64,000 nucleotides of DNA from Candidatus Heimdallarchaeota archaeon (GTDB lineage: Archaea > Asgardarchaeota > Heimdallarchaeia > Heimdallarchaeales > Heimdallarchaeaceae), in contig JAUVXV010000001.1 in the NCBI GenBank assembly GCA_030603365.1, positions 1 to 64,000 of the forward strand, written 5' to 3'. Of the stretch, positions 10,239 to 20,179 are shown one piece after another. The notes under the pieces were generated by a model. It made no database searches. It saw nothing but the letters and a program-made list of their open reading frames with translations, and was not told where the DNA came from. Position numbers and translations under genes: made by a program. Positions within the stretch are counted from its first letter, which is position 1. Every line of letters begins with the position of its first letter.

Positions 10239-10489
10239 TACTTGTACTTTAGATAATCCTATATTTATTCTTTCGCTGATAATTATACTGTAGGAAAACT
10301 TCGGAAATTTAAGAAAATGGTTCTTTTTTAGAATCAGAATTCCATTCTGACCGTTTCCTCATTTAACAGCTGTTCCTGTGCTTTCATTTTCTTTTATAAA
10401 AATTGAGAACTTCATAAATAATACATTAAGAATACACAATATTCTGTAGCAAAACATTTTTGTAAAAGTTAACTAATAACTTATCTATT

Positions 10490-11539
10490 ATGAAAAAACG
10501 TAACATAATTGCAATTATTCTGATTGCAATAGGTACTGCACTTATTATAACTGCAGTTGCGATTGTATACAGTTTTGATCCATTAACTCATAATAATCCT
10601 ATTGATGAACCCCTAACTAATTTCTTCTATATCAACAGGAGCAAAATCTTTGGGGGTATTATGTACCTTATTTCTTACCTGGGGCAATCTATAGTCTACA
10701 TTGGAATTTTACTTTTACTTTATTACCTATATGATAAAAAGAAGGCTTACAGAGCTATGGCCTTTGTAGTAACATCATCAACAATAAATTTCTCAACTAA
10801 AACTGTGTTTAATCTAGAAAGACCAGAACCAAGTTTACAATATGGACACAATCTAGAAGAAACAATGTTTTCAAAAGCAGATGAAATTACAACTGGAATA
10901 CCAAGTGGTCATACTCAGAATAGTACAACTTTTTGGGGTTCTTTGATGATTTTTATTAAAAGGTGGTGGATAATTGTAGTAGGTTCGATTATTGCCTTTT
11001 TTATTGCTTTCTCCAGAATTGCACTCAGGGTACATTGGTTTACAGATGTAATTATGGGGCTTGGAATAGCACTGGTAATATTAGCTATATATCTTCTTAT
11101 CAAAGATCCAGTAGAGAATTTTATAGATTCTAGAACACTATTTGTTAAAATACTTCTATGTATTGCAATGTTTATTGTTTTCGCAATACCTATAATTTTC
11201 TTAAACTACAATAGAGTTGAAAATGATTTCGAGATTATATCTGAATCTTTGAAACTTATAACCCTTTTCACAACAGTTTCTATATCTTATGCACTTGAAG
11301 GAAAATTAGTAAACTTCCAGACTAATATTGACAAATGGTGGAAATATCTTGTGAGAATACTGATAGGAGCCGCTTTCTTTGCAGCTTTCTATTTTGGTTT
11401 ATCCCTTTTATTTGATTTAGTAATCAATAATGTTGGATGGATCGGAATAGAGTTAACACTTGATTTGATAAGATATGCAATTGTTGGGCCTGTTGTTATT
11501 CTGCTTGCCCCTTGGGTAATGATGAAATTAAATGTATAA
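10490..11539 (+). CDS. PAP2-family membrane phosphatase
   Basis: KxxxxxxRP, PSGH and SRxxxxxHxxxD motifs; multiple TM helices. Confidence 0.9.
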   Translation: MKKRNIIAIILIAIGTALIITAVAIVYSFDPLTHNNPIDEPLTNFFYINRSKIFGGIMYLISYLGQSIVYIGILLLLYYLYDKKKAYRAMAFVVTSSTINFSTKTVFNLERPEPSLQYGHNLEETMFSKADEITTGIPSGHTQNSTTFWGSLMIFIKRWWIIVVGSIIAFFIAFSRIALRVHWFTDVIMGLGIALVILAIYLLIKDPVENFIDSRTLFVKILLCIAMFIVFAIPIIFLNYNRVENDFEIISESLKLITLFTTVSISYALEGKLVNFQTNIDKWWKYLVRILIGAAFFAAFYFGLSLLFDLVINNVGWIGIELTLDLIRYAIVGPVVILLAPWVMMKLNV

Positions 11540-11661
11540 ATGATTTGAGGAAGAATTTCCTCTTTTTCTTTTTAATACACATCTACATAAGCTATTCTGT
11601 CTTTCAACATTAGATTTTTAAACAAAGCTTGGTTTTGCTAATTTGTCTAAGAGGATTCAAA

Positions 11662-12231
11662 ATGAGTGAAGAAATCAAACTCTTTGGTAAATGGGATTTA
11701 GGTGAAGTTGCTGTATCCGATTTAGGTTTACAAAGATATATCTCATTAAAACCTGTTTATTTTCCCCATTCAGGTGGACGTTACCAAGTTCAACGTTTCA
11801 AGAAAGCAGAAATGAATATTGTTGAAAGGTTCACTAATAAAATCATGAAAAAAGGAAAGAATGCAGGTAAAAAGCAAAGAGCAATAAACATCGCAAGAGT
11901 TGCATTTGAAATAATCCATGAAAGAACAGGTAAGAATCCAGTTCAAGTTCTTGTAGATTCAATATGCAATGTTGCTCCAAGGGAAGAAACAACTCGTTTA
12001 ACTTATGGTGGTGTAGCACAACATATTGCAGTTGATATTTCTCCTTCAAGAAGAGTTGATTTATCATTAAGATTCTTAGCCAATGTAATTAAACAAAAAA
12101 GTTTCAACAATATTAAAAGTGTTGAAGAAGTTGTTGCAGAAGAACTCATACTTGCAGCCATTAGGGATCAATCTAGTGCTGCTGTGAAAAAGAAGCAAGA
12201 AATAGAAAGAATTGCTTTATCAGCAAGATAA
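11662..12231 (+). CDS. rps7: 30S ribosomal protein uS7
   Basis: KLFGKWD, NPVQVLV, APREETTR, ERIALSAR; ATG 11662 follows a GAGGA SD. Confidence 0.97.
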   Translation: MSEEIKLFGKWDLGEVAVSDLGLQRYISLKPVYFPHSGGRYQVQRFKKAEMNIVERFTNKIMKKGKNAGKKQRAINIARVAFEIIHERTGKNPVQVLVDSICNVAPREETTRLTYGGVAQHIAVDISPSRRVDLSLRFLANVIKQKSFNNIKSVEEVVAEELILAAIRDQSSAAVKKKQEIERIALSAR

Positions 12232-12246
12232 TATTAGGTGTATAAA

Positions 12247-12798
12247 ATGGGTAAAAGACCAGCAAGATGTTATAGACATATAAGAGGTCCAGCGAATACA
12301 CGAGTAGGCAAATATGTAAGAGGAGTTCCAGATGCAAGAATCAGAGCTTATGATACTGGAGATCGAAAAGGAATCTTTCCTGTTCATATTCATCTAGTGT
12401 CAAAGGAGAGATGCCACATTAGACATACAGCTTTAGAGGCTTCAAGAATGGCTGTTAACAGAGTTTTACAAAAACATCTTGGACCAACAGGTTATCACAT
12501 GACAATCAGAATCCATCCACATCACATCTTAAGAGAAAACAAAATGATGGCAGTAGCTGGAGCTGATAGAGTACAAGATGGTATGAGATTATCTTTCGGC
12601 AAACCTACAGATAGGGCTGCAAGAGTAAAAGAAGGACAAGAACTTGTTACAGTTAGAGCCGAAGCAGAAGATTATTTTATTACACTCGATGCTTTAAAGA
12701 GAGCAGCTGATAGATTTCCAATTCCCTGTAAATACGTAATTGGTAAGGGCGAAGAGTTGGTAAAAGAGTTTCTTAAGAAAAGAAGTAGAGCTATGTAA
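12247..12798 (+). CDS. rpl10e: 50S ribosomal protein uL16 (L10e)
   Basis: MGKRPARCYR, HILRENKM, GADRVQDGMRLSFGKP. Confidence 0.97.
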   Translation: MGKRPARCYRHIRGPANTRVGKYVRGVPDARIRAYDTGDRKGIFPVHIHLVSKERCHIRHTALEASRMAVNRVLQKHLGPTGYHMTIRIHPHHILRENKMMAVAGADRVQDGMRLSFGKPTDRAARVKEGQELVTVRAEAEDYFITLDALKRAADRFPIPCKYVIGKGEELVKEFLKKRSRAM

Positions 12799-12959
12799 AC
12801 TCTAAAAACCCTTTATTTTTTAGATTTTCAAAAGAAAATAACTTCATGAATTCAATTTTTGGTTTTTTAATGAATTTCTCTAATAGTATAATGAAAATGA
12901 AGATGTTATTTCTCCATACTACTGGGGAATTACAAGAGAATAAATTAAGAAAAACGTAG

Positions 12960-13151
12960 TTGAAATTAATGACAGAAGAAAATGATTATGGCATAAAGTA
13001 TGGAATTATCTCAGAACTTGAAGAACAACTGAGTTTAACACTCCTTAAATGGTTAGAAAAACGAGCTTTGAAATTAGAAGAAAATGAAGACAAAAAAATA
13101 ATCATTGATTTATTACAGGGAGCAGAAGAAGTTTTGAACAAATGGTTATAG
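12960..13151 (+). CDS. Small helical hypothetical protein
   Basis: ORF track; protein-like composition; likely ATG at 12969. Confidence 0.5.
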   Translation: MKLMTEENDYGIKYGIISELEEQLSLTLLKWLEKRALKLEENEDKKIIIDLLQGAEEVLNKWL

Positions 13152-13170
13152 CAATAATTTACTTTTACTA

Positions 13171-13341
13171 CTAGAGATCTTCATCAACTCTTGCTTCCCA
13201 GTCAACTATATCCACAAATTCTTCATTTAATGAGACAATATCCTTTTCTGTTATTGGGTTATACTCATCAACAGAGAATTCTATTGCTTCATCTTTAACC
13301 GCTTTGGCTTCGCTTTTAGGATTATAATTTCTTCTAGGCAT
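13171..13341 (-). CDS. Small acidic hypothetical protein, 56 aa (below ORF-track cutoff)
   Basis: Manual translation MPRRNYNPKSEAKAVKDEAIEFSVDEYNPITEKDIVSLNEEFVDIVDWEARVDEDL*. Confidence 0.45.
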   Translation of the reverse strand: MPRRNYNPKSEAKAVKDEAIEFSVDEYNPITEKDIVSLNEEFVDIVDWEARVDEDL

Positions 13342-13453
13342 GATTCTGGAGAACTATATAATTGTGAAATTCTTAGGACAATCTATTCTACAACAAATGA
13401 ATGATAAAGAACAAAAGAATTAAAAATGAATCAGAAAGATAAAAGGTGAACAC

Positions 13454-13579
13454 GGCTCGGTAGCTCAGTTGGCAGAGCGCAAGACTCATAATCTTGACAA
13501 AATAAGGGTTAGAACTGCAAATGTGAACCTCAGATGAGAAATCTTGAGGTCGGGGGATCGAGTCCCCCTCGAGCCACCA
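13454..13579 (+). tRNA. tRNA-Met(CAT), elongator type, with 50-nt intron (13491-13540) at 37/38; CCA encoded
   Basis: Acceptor GGCTCGG/TCGAGCC; anticodon stem CAAGA/TCTTG (A31-U39); canonical BHB with CUCA/UGAG helix and UAA/AAA bulges. Confidence 0.92.
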
Positions 13580-13590
13580 TACTTCTTCTT

Positions 13591-14067
13591 CTATGCTTTT
13601 ATGAGTTGATAGTTAGCTATTGTATCTGATTCATCTTCGATGGTCATTTTAACCATATGATCTCCCTGATCAATTTTCAAGATTACATCCATTCCATCAG
13701 ACACCTTCCCAAATACTGTATGTTTTCCATTCAAATGTTTGCAATTATTTGGATTTAGGACAATGAAAAACTGTGAACCGTTTGAATTGGGCTGACCAGT
13801 ATTTGCCATACTGAATGCCCCTAGTTCATGTATCTGAGCAGGATTATCAAATTCATCAGGAATATTATATCCTGGTCCTCCTTTTCCTGTTCCTGTAGGG
13901 TCTCCTCCTTGTACAACAAACTCAGAAATTACTCTATGGAACTTAATCCCATTGAAATAATTTTCCTTTGCTAATGATACAAAACTCTTTACAGTATTAG
14001 GGGTATGTTCATCATAAAACTCAATTGTAAAAGTTCCTTTATTTGTCTCAACTATTGCTTTAGTCAT
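13591..14067 (-). CDS. ppi: Cyclophilin-type peptidyl-prolyl isomerase
   Basis: FHRVISEFVVQGGDP, SMANTG, GSQFFI, HTVFGKV. Confidence 0.96.
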   Translation of the reverse strand: MTKAIVETNKGTFTIEFYDEHTPNTVKSFVSLAKENYFNGIKFHRVISEFVVQGGDPTGTGKGGPGYNIPDEFDNPAQIHELGAFSMANTGQPNSNGSQFFIVLNPNNCKHLNGKHTVFGKVSDGMDVILKIDQGDHMVKMTIEDESDTIANYQLIKA

Positions 14068-14181
14068 AATGCTTCCTCATATCTTATCCAAATTTCTAGT
14101 TTTATATCTTTACTGATGTGTCAAGGTTCTGAAACATTTTTATTTGCTTGATCCAACTTTTAGTAGGACCAGCTGAGATTA

Positions 14182-14667
14182 ATGACCTCTCCTTCTGTAT
14201 TATCTACAATACAACCAAAACCAACTCTTAAATTTCCTCCATGGATAATTGCTGTGCTGAGTTTAATCTACACTGTAATTGTACAATTTCTTTTCATAGC
14301 AAGTTTAGAAAAAGCTTTTCCTTATTTCGAAAACTTATTTGAAACTCTTTCATCAAATATCTGGTTGGTTGAAATTCCTATTCCTCTAATAGTTGCATTA
14401 ATTGTATTTTATTCTACTCAAAAAAGTAGAACTAAAAATATAAATTCTTTTGTTCTATGGTCAACTGCTCTAGGTGCTGTTTTGTTGGGTCTTATAGTTT
14501 ATGCTATTATCTATCAATATCCTATTGCGGCTAATTCAGATTTTGATTTCATATTTTTCTCTGTTTCAATAGCAATTTCCCTAGTTCTTGCAATATCAGC
14601 AATTTTCATTCTTAAGACAATATCAAAGAAGAAGACCTTGCATGAAGGTCCCATGACTGGAAAGTGA
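14182..14667 (+). CDS. Hypothetical 4-TM membrane protein
   Basis: Four hydrophobic segments. Confidence 0.7.
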   Translation: MTSPSVLSTIQPKPTLKFPPWIIAVLSLIYTVIVQFLFIASLEKAFPYFENLFETLSSNIWLVEIPIPLIVALIVFYSTQKSRTKNINSFVLWSTALGAVLLGLIVYAIIYQYPIAANSDFDFIFFSVSIAISLVLAISAIFILKTISKKKTLHEGPMTGK

Positions 14668-14822
14668 CCTAAACAGCAAGGTTGTTTTCAAAACAATTTA
14701 CTCTTCTAATAAGGAGATAATTAACTTAACACTGGGTTTTCATAATTTTAAGCGAATCTTTAAATTAAACCAGTATAGTAAAAGACAAAATTCGACTTAG
14801 AAAGATAATTATAGGTGAAAAA

Positions 14823-16310
14823 ATGTCAAATATAGATGTTGTTTTAGATGACAAAGATGTAAAAGAAACTAAATTAGAATCAAAACAGACCAGCGGTAAA
14901 AATGCTTGGTTATGGTACAGCTATGATATGGCCGATACTTTCTTTTCGCAATCCGTAATAAGTCTAGCATTTACTCCATTTGTTCTTCTGCTGGGTGTAC
15001 AAATGGGTTGGGCGTTTTCTACAGTATTTATTGTAATGTCAGTTTTCATGGCTGGTTCAAATCTTTTGATAGCAATACTTGGACCATTCTTAGGAGCAAT
15101 CTCTGATAAAGCAGGGAAAAGAAAACCAGCAGTACTTATCTCAGCAGGTATAATGGTGACCGCAACTGCAATGATTACGATTTGGCAGAACTTCTGGTGG
15201 GCATGTATTTTATTTGTTATAGCAAACTTCTGCTATCAAGCAGGTAGAATGTTTTATGATGCTCAAATCCCATTCATTGCTGAAACAGAAAAAAGAGGTT
15301 TTACTCAAGCTATTGGTGGTGCACTCGCAGCATTTGGTTCAGTAATAGCAATACTTTTGAGTATGGTTATAGCAATCCCAGGTTTATTTGGTCCCCATAC
15401 TGAAGTGAACACTGGAATCTGGCAAGTAGGAGACGAAGTAATAAATCCAGCAACCATTAATTATGGTGGCTTAAGATATTTATTCTTAATATCTGCCGTG
15501 ATTATAATTCTGATTAGTATTCCTTATCTTTTCCATAAGGAAGTAGAAAATCCACCTGAGAAACCTATGTCAGCTGGAGAGTATGTGAGATCATCACTAT
15601 CCGATTTCAAAACATCACTCAAAGCAATTGTTTCTGATAAGAATTCATGGTTGTTCTTCTTAGCTTGGTTCTTCATCACGGATGCTGCAAATACAACGAT
15701 TCTTTACATGGTACCTGTGGTTTCCATTATGGGTGGTACAGCACTTGAAGGAAAAACTTTCTATGTTATTCTAGGTGGAATAGTTTTCTCTATAATTTTT
15801 GGTATTATTGTTGGAAGACTTATGAACAGATTAGGACCAAAGAAACTTTTCTTAGGTGTTGGAATATCTTGGTTCATTGCTATAGCTATATTCTGCATAA
15901 GTGGATTACAAATAGGTTCAGTAACCATTCCTTCATGGGTAATATTCTTTGGTGCGGTATTCATTGGTGTAGGTTTTGGCGGAATATGGATTGTTGGAAG
16001 ACAATTTATTATGGTTCTTGCACCACCTTCAAAATTAGCACAGTACGGTGGTTTCCAGAAAATTGCTGGAAGAGTGAGTGCAATTGTATCCCCACTCTTA
16101 TTTGGTTTGGTGATTTTTCTTACCGATCCATATTTCCAAGGTTCTCAAGAAATAGTTGATCAAGCCATTCCTATGAGAATTGCTCTTGCAAGCTTATTGG
16201 TACTTTTTTCATTAGGGATTCTTATTGCATGGTTTATCAAAGATCCACATGAAAGATATATGAAAGGTGAAAGAGCACCATATAAAGGAATATACGACAA
16301 AAAAGAATAA
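14823..16310 (+). CDS. MFS transporter (UMF1/ATG22-like)
   Basis: WxxYDxA start motif, GAISDKAGKRK, about 12 TM helices. Confidence 0.88.
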   Translation: MSNIDVVLDDKDVKETKLESKQTSGKNAWLWYSYDMADTFFSQSVISLAFTPFVLLLGVQMGWAFSTVFIVMSVFMAGSNLLIAILGPFLGAISDKAGKRKPAVLISAGIMVTATAMITIWQNFWWACILFVIANFCYQAGRMFYDAQIPFIAETEKRGFTQAIGGALAAFGSVIAILLSMVIAIPGLFGPHTEVNTGIWQVGDEVINPATINYGGLRYLFLISAVIIILISIPYLFHKEVENPPEKPMSAGEYVRSSLSDFKTSLKAIVSDKNSWLFFLAWFFITDAANTTILYMVPVVSIMGGTALEGKTFYVILGGIVFSIIFGIIVGRLMNRLGPKKLFLGVGISWFIAIAIFCISGLQIGSVTIPSWVIFFGAVFIGVGFGGIWIVGRQFIMVLAPPSKLAQYGGFQKIAGRVSAIVSPLLFGLVIFLTDPYFQGSQEIVDQAIPMRIALASLLVLFSLGILIAWFIKDPHERYMKGERAPYKGIYDKKE

Positions 16311-16321
16311 TTCTCCATTTT

Positions 16322-17083
16322 CTATTTTTTTACTTTTTTTATTACTTGTTCAACAACTTTAGGAAGATCATCCATGTGATTTACATGAAATTGAAATGAA
16401 GGTTCAACTTTTTCTGTTAAACAGGCTTGAATTACATTCGCTCCAAGTTTTTTGGCACTTTCAAGGAATCTTGGCTTATCATCAATTACAACAGCTTTTT
16501 TTGGTTCAAGGCCTATATCACTGAAAATAGCTTCATAAAATGATTCATCTGCTTTATGAATATTGATTAAATCTGGACCAAAGAATTTTTCAAAACAACT
16601 ATCTACTCTCATACCCCTGAGATATCCTTTGAGCTCTTCGGAATGTTCAGCAGACGATGTATACAATTTTAATCCTTGGTTGTGGAGAACTTTAATGCTA
16701 TTGACCAAGCCAGGAAAGGAAGCTTTGACGTTTGGTGTAATCATATCCACAACTTCAAAGTAAATTTCTCTGTGCTTTTTTTCTGGTGGAGACTCTATTC
16801 CTACGTAATCAAACATCGAGGTTATCCATCTGTGAATGCAATGAATATAGAATGTTTGGTAATCAGGTAGCTTTTTTACTTCCAGATTGATATTGTATTC
16901 TGCTATTATTCCATCAATAAACTCAATATTTCCCTCAGCCCATTGATGTGGTCCCCCTCCATATATGGGGGTGAAGTAATCGCCAATCATCTTCTGCCAT
17001 TGTATGCCTCGAAGCCTGTTATCATTCATAACATCTCCATCATCAAAGAAAACAGCATACTCCCAGAAGTTAGCTTTATTCAT
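16322..17083 (-). CDS. HAD-superfamily hydrolase
   Basis: FFDDGDV motif I, HK motif III, VIDD motif IV. Confidence 0.8.
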   Translation of the reverse strand: MNKANFWEYAVFFDDGDVMNDNRLRGIQWQKMIGDYFTPIYGGGPHQWAEGNIEFIDGIIAEYNINLEVKKLPDYQTFYIHCIHRWITSMFDYVGIESPPEKKHREIYFEVVDMITPNVKASFPGLVNSIKVLHNQGLKLYTSSAEHSEELKGYLRGMRVDSCFEKFFGPDLINIHKADESFYEAIFSDIGLEPKKAVVIDDKPRFLESAKKLGANVIQACLTEKVEPSFQFHVNHMDDLPKVVEQVIKKVKK

Positions 17084-17612
17084 TCAAATAAATCAAAATC
17101 ATTGACTAAATAAAGCTATCCCCTTAACATCTAGATATTGACTACTCCTTCTAATAAGATACATAATACTTTCAGTGTCCTCTGGTTCTTTTAGAACCCC
17201 CCTTTTTCGACTGGAGAAATGACTAGAACTTCTTGGAAGGTCATGTTTTATTCACTTTTCGATTCTTTAATCAAATGAACTGTAGATTATACCTTTGAAA
17301 TAACAGAAATTTTGAGAATAAGACGTTTTTGAGGAAACTAAGATGAATAACAAACAACAAAATAGCTCAAAAAAAGTACTGGCACTTTTGATAAAGTACA
17401 TAATCAATTTGACTATCCCAAAATAGCTGCAGAATTGCCAAATGGACGATTCATCTACATGGAAACAGATGAAGCACAAAGAGAAAAACTAATAGGACTA
17501 ATTACACTAGAATTTTCGAAGATATCAAAAGAAGAAGGTATGCCTTCAACTTTACTGAAATTTGAAAAACAGCTTACTACAATAAATTGAAAGTTACGGG
17601 TTGTTCAAAGAA

Positions 17613-17990
17613 CTAAACCGCCACAAATAGTAAAGCAACCATCATAACTATAATTCCAATAATTATTATAATCTCACTAGCTTTTCTTCTTTTTTCAATA
17701 TCGGGTTTTAATTTTTCTTCTGTTTCCCAAAACTTTTCAACATTCTTTCGATTTTTTATCATCTGCTTAATCAATGGCTGACCTTGAATTGCCAAAGAAC
17801 ACAAAATTAGTAGAATTGCAGTTGTAGCCATAATTGCATAAGCAACAAATTCTGGTCCTTCTGAGCCTAAATTTATCACGGTTGTGATATCTAGAGTAGT
17901 TATTATTACCCAGAAAAGTAAAATTACTATTGTTAATCTCAATCTCTCATTTGTTAATCTCAATTCTTCCTTAATCACTTCAGAAACCAT
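17613..17990 (-). CDS. Hypothetical 3-TM membrane protein
   Basis: ORF track; 4 nt downstream of the phosphomutase gene. Confidence 0.7.
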   Translation of the reverse strand: MVSEVIKEELRLTNERLRLTIVILLFWVIITTLDITTVINLGSEGPEFVAYAIMATTAILLILCSLAIQGQPLIKQMIKNRKNVEKFWETEEKLKPDIEKRRKASEIIIIIGIIVMMVALLFVAV

Positions 17991-17994
17991 TTAA

Positions 17995-19386
17995 TCACTC
18001 TTCAACAATTATTTTTTCTAACTCTTTAACAATGTTTTCTATCCAATCAAATCGTGCTTGATCGGGTGCTTCATAATATATTCTAATTTTTGGTTCTGTA
18101 CCTGATTTTCGAATTAAAATCCAAGTATTATCTTCAAGATCATATCTTAAACCATCTATGGTTAATTCTTTCTTTGTCTCATTTTCTAAAGATTCCTTGA
18201 GTTTTAATTTACATTGTTCGAATATTTCTTCTGCTTTGTCTATTTTTACATAGTATGCATTTCTCTTAGCAATGTGGAGAGGAACATCTTTCATGATATC
18301 AGATACAGTAGTTTTACGATTTGAAATCACTTTCAAAATTTTGAGAAGACCGTATAAACCATCTATCCAGAAACCCCATTTTGGGAATATTGGTTTCCAA
18401 GGTTCAGCTGCAAAAACAATTTTTTCTCCTTCTTGAATTAATTTTGTTCCTTTAGTATGAAGTTCTCCAAGTTTTGTTCTTACAACAACGCCCCCTTCTT
18501 TTTCAACAGTTCTATCTATAGTAGTAGATGAATCGATACTGACTATTACTTTTCCAGGTCCTCCTTCTTCTATTGCTAATAATGCAAGTAGGGCATTGAC
18601 TCTAGATAATTCAACAAATTCTCCCTTTTCATTGATTATTGCTAGTCTATCTCCATCTCCATCAAAAGCTACTCCCAGTGTTCTTTCACTTTTACACAAA
18701 CTAATAAGCACTTTAAGATTTTCAGGACTAGGCTCAGCAAGTCTTCCTGGAAAGAAACCATCAATATGTGAATTTATGGTTGAAGTTTGAAAACCGTAGT
18801 GTGTAAGTAGAAGAGGAGCAAGCTCTGACATCGGACCATTTGCACAATCAACAATAATTTTCCTTTCTTCTCCTTTTATCGTTAATTCTCCTGTAATTCT
18901 CTTGAAATACTGCTTATTAGCATCTGTTACTGATAATTGTGTCTGAATATTATCCCAATTATCATGAATGAATCCAGATTTTTCGTCTTTTTTCTGCTTG
19001 ATAAAGGCTTCAATTTCATCTTGTTCTGACATCACAAATTCTCGACCATTTCTTAAAACCTTTATCCCATTATCTGTTGGAGGATTGTGAGATGCTGTAA
19101 TATAAATGGCAACAGAATGTTTTGGGTTTAATGTTAAATTAGCGATAACTGGAAATGTACATAATTCTACTTTGAAAACCTTCCCTCCTGATAAGGAGAT
19201 AGCGGCACTTGCACATTGGCTCAATGCTTCAGATGAAGTTCTGGCATCATTACCAACTAAGATTCCCTCTGAAGGGTATAACTTGGAAACAGCTTGACTA
19301 ACATGAAAAACTAATTCAGCAGTAACCTTGGAACCAAAAGGCCCTCTTATTCCAGCTGTACCAAAAAGTTTTGATTTTTTCGCCAT
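17995..19386 (-). CDS. Phosphohexomutase (GlmM/PMM family)
   Basis: FGTAGIRG, TASHNP, DGDGDR, RKSGTEPKIRIY. Confidence 0.93.
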   Translation of the reverse strand: MAKKSKLFGTAGIRGPFGSKVTAELVFHVSQAVSKLYPSEGILVGNDARTSSEALSQCASAAISLSGGKVFKVELCTFPVIANLTLNPKHSVAIYITASHNPPTDNGIKVLRNGREFVMSEQDEIEAFIKQKKDEKSGFIHDNWDNIQTQLSVTDANKQYFKRITGELTIKGEERKIIVDCANGPMSELAPLLLTHYGFQTSTINSHIDGFFPGRLAEPSPENLKVLISLCKSERTLGVAFDGDGDRLAIINEKGEFVELSRVNALLALLAIEEGGPGKVIVSIDSSTTIDRTVEKEGGVVVRTKLGELHTKGTKLIQEGEKIVFAAEPWKPIFPKWGFWIDGLYGLLKILKVISNRKTTVSDIMKDVPLHIAKRNAYYVKIDKAEEIFEQCKLKLKESLENETKKELTIDGLRYDLEDNTWILIRKSGTEPKIRIYYEAPDQARFDWIENIVKELEKIIVEE

Positions 19387-19456
19387 TAATCTATGCCTCT
19401 CAACTTTGATTATAAATCATTCTCTCTTAAATAAATCTCAATTCTTTGAATAGCTA

Positions 19457-20116
19457 TTACCCAAAAAAATCAGTTAAGGATTTTTGTTCACTATGCAATC
19501 CAAGAATTTTATTCTTCTGCGATTTTATGCCTTCTGCACTTGGTACTTCATCATAAATGTCTTTTAATTTCTTAAAATGATCCTCGTAGAGTTCAAGTAA
19601 GTTATAATTCCTTAGAATATAAGCAGGGTGATATGTTACGAAAAGTTTTACTCCAAAGTCGGTATCGTAAGCTTCTCCTACGTACTTAGTGACAGTAGCA
19701 GAAGGTATAAAGAATTTCAACGAAATGCTACCTATAGATACAACAAGCTTTGGAGCAAGAATTTTTAATTGCTTAAACAACCATCTCTCTCCACAAAAAC
19801 GAAGTTCAGATTCAGTAGGTGTTCGATTTTTCCCATCATCTGTTGTAGGACGACATTTGATTACATTAAGAATACTAACATCCTCTCCTCTCTTGAGCCC
19901 TATGCTTTCTAACATTTTATCTAACAATTTTCCAGAACGTCCAACAAACGGTATTCCTTGTTGATCCTCATAATAACCTGGAGCTTCTCCAATAATACAC
20001 AACCCATTAACTGGTCCATAGATCCCAGGAACGATTTTAGTTCTACTATCTTTAAGATGACATGCTTCACAAACTAGAACATTTTTTGTAAGCTCTGCCA
20101 GTGGATTGTCAGACAT
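19457..20116 (-). CDS. udg: Uracil-DNA glycosylase family 4
   Basis: CxxC, GEAPG, KCRP, YHPA. Confidence 0.93.
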   Translation of the reverse strand: MSDNPLAELTKNVLVCEACHLKDSRTKIVPGIYGPVNGLCIIGEAPGYYEDQQGIPFVGRSGKLLDKMLESIGLKRGEDVSILNVIKCRPTTDDGKNRTPTESELRFCGERWLFKQLKILAPKLVVSIGSISLKFFIPSATVTKYVGEAYDTDFGVKLFVTYHPAYILRNYNLLELYEDHFKKLKDIYDEVPSAEGIKSQKNKILGLHSEQKSLTDFFG

Positions 20117-20179
20117 CTCTATCTCCTTATCAAAAATACGAAAAGAATAGGATTTATTAAGTTATTCGCAATTAAACGA

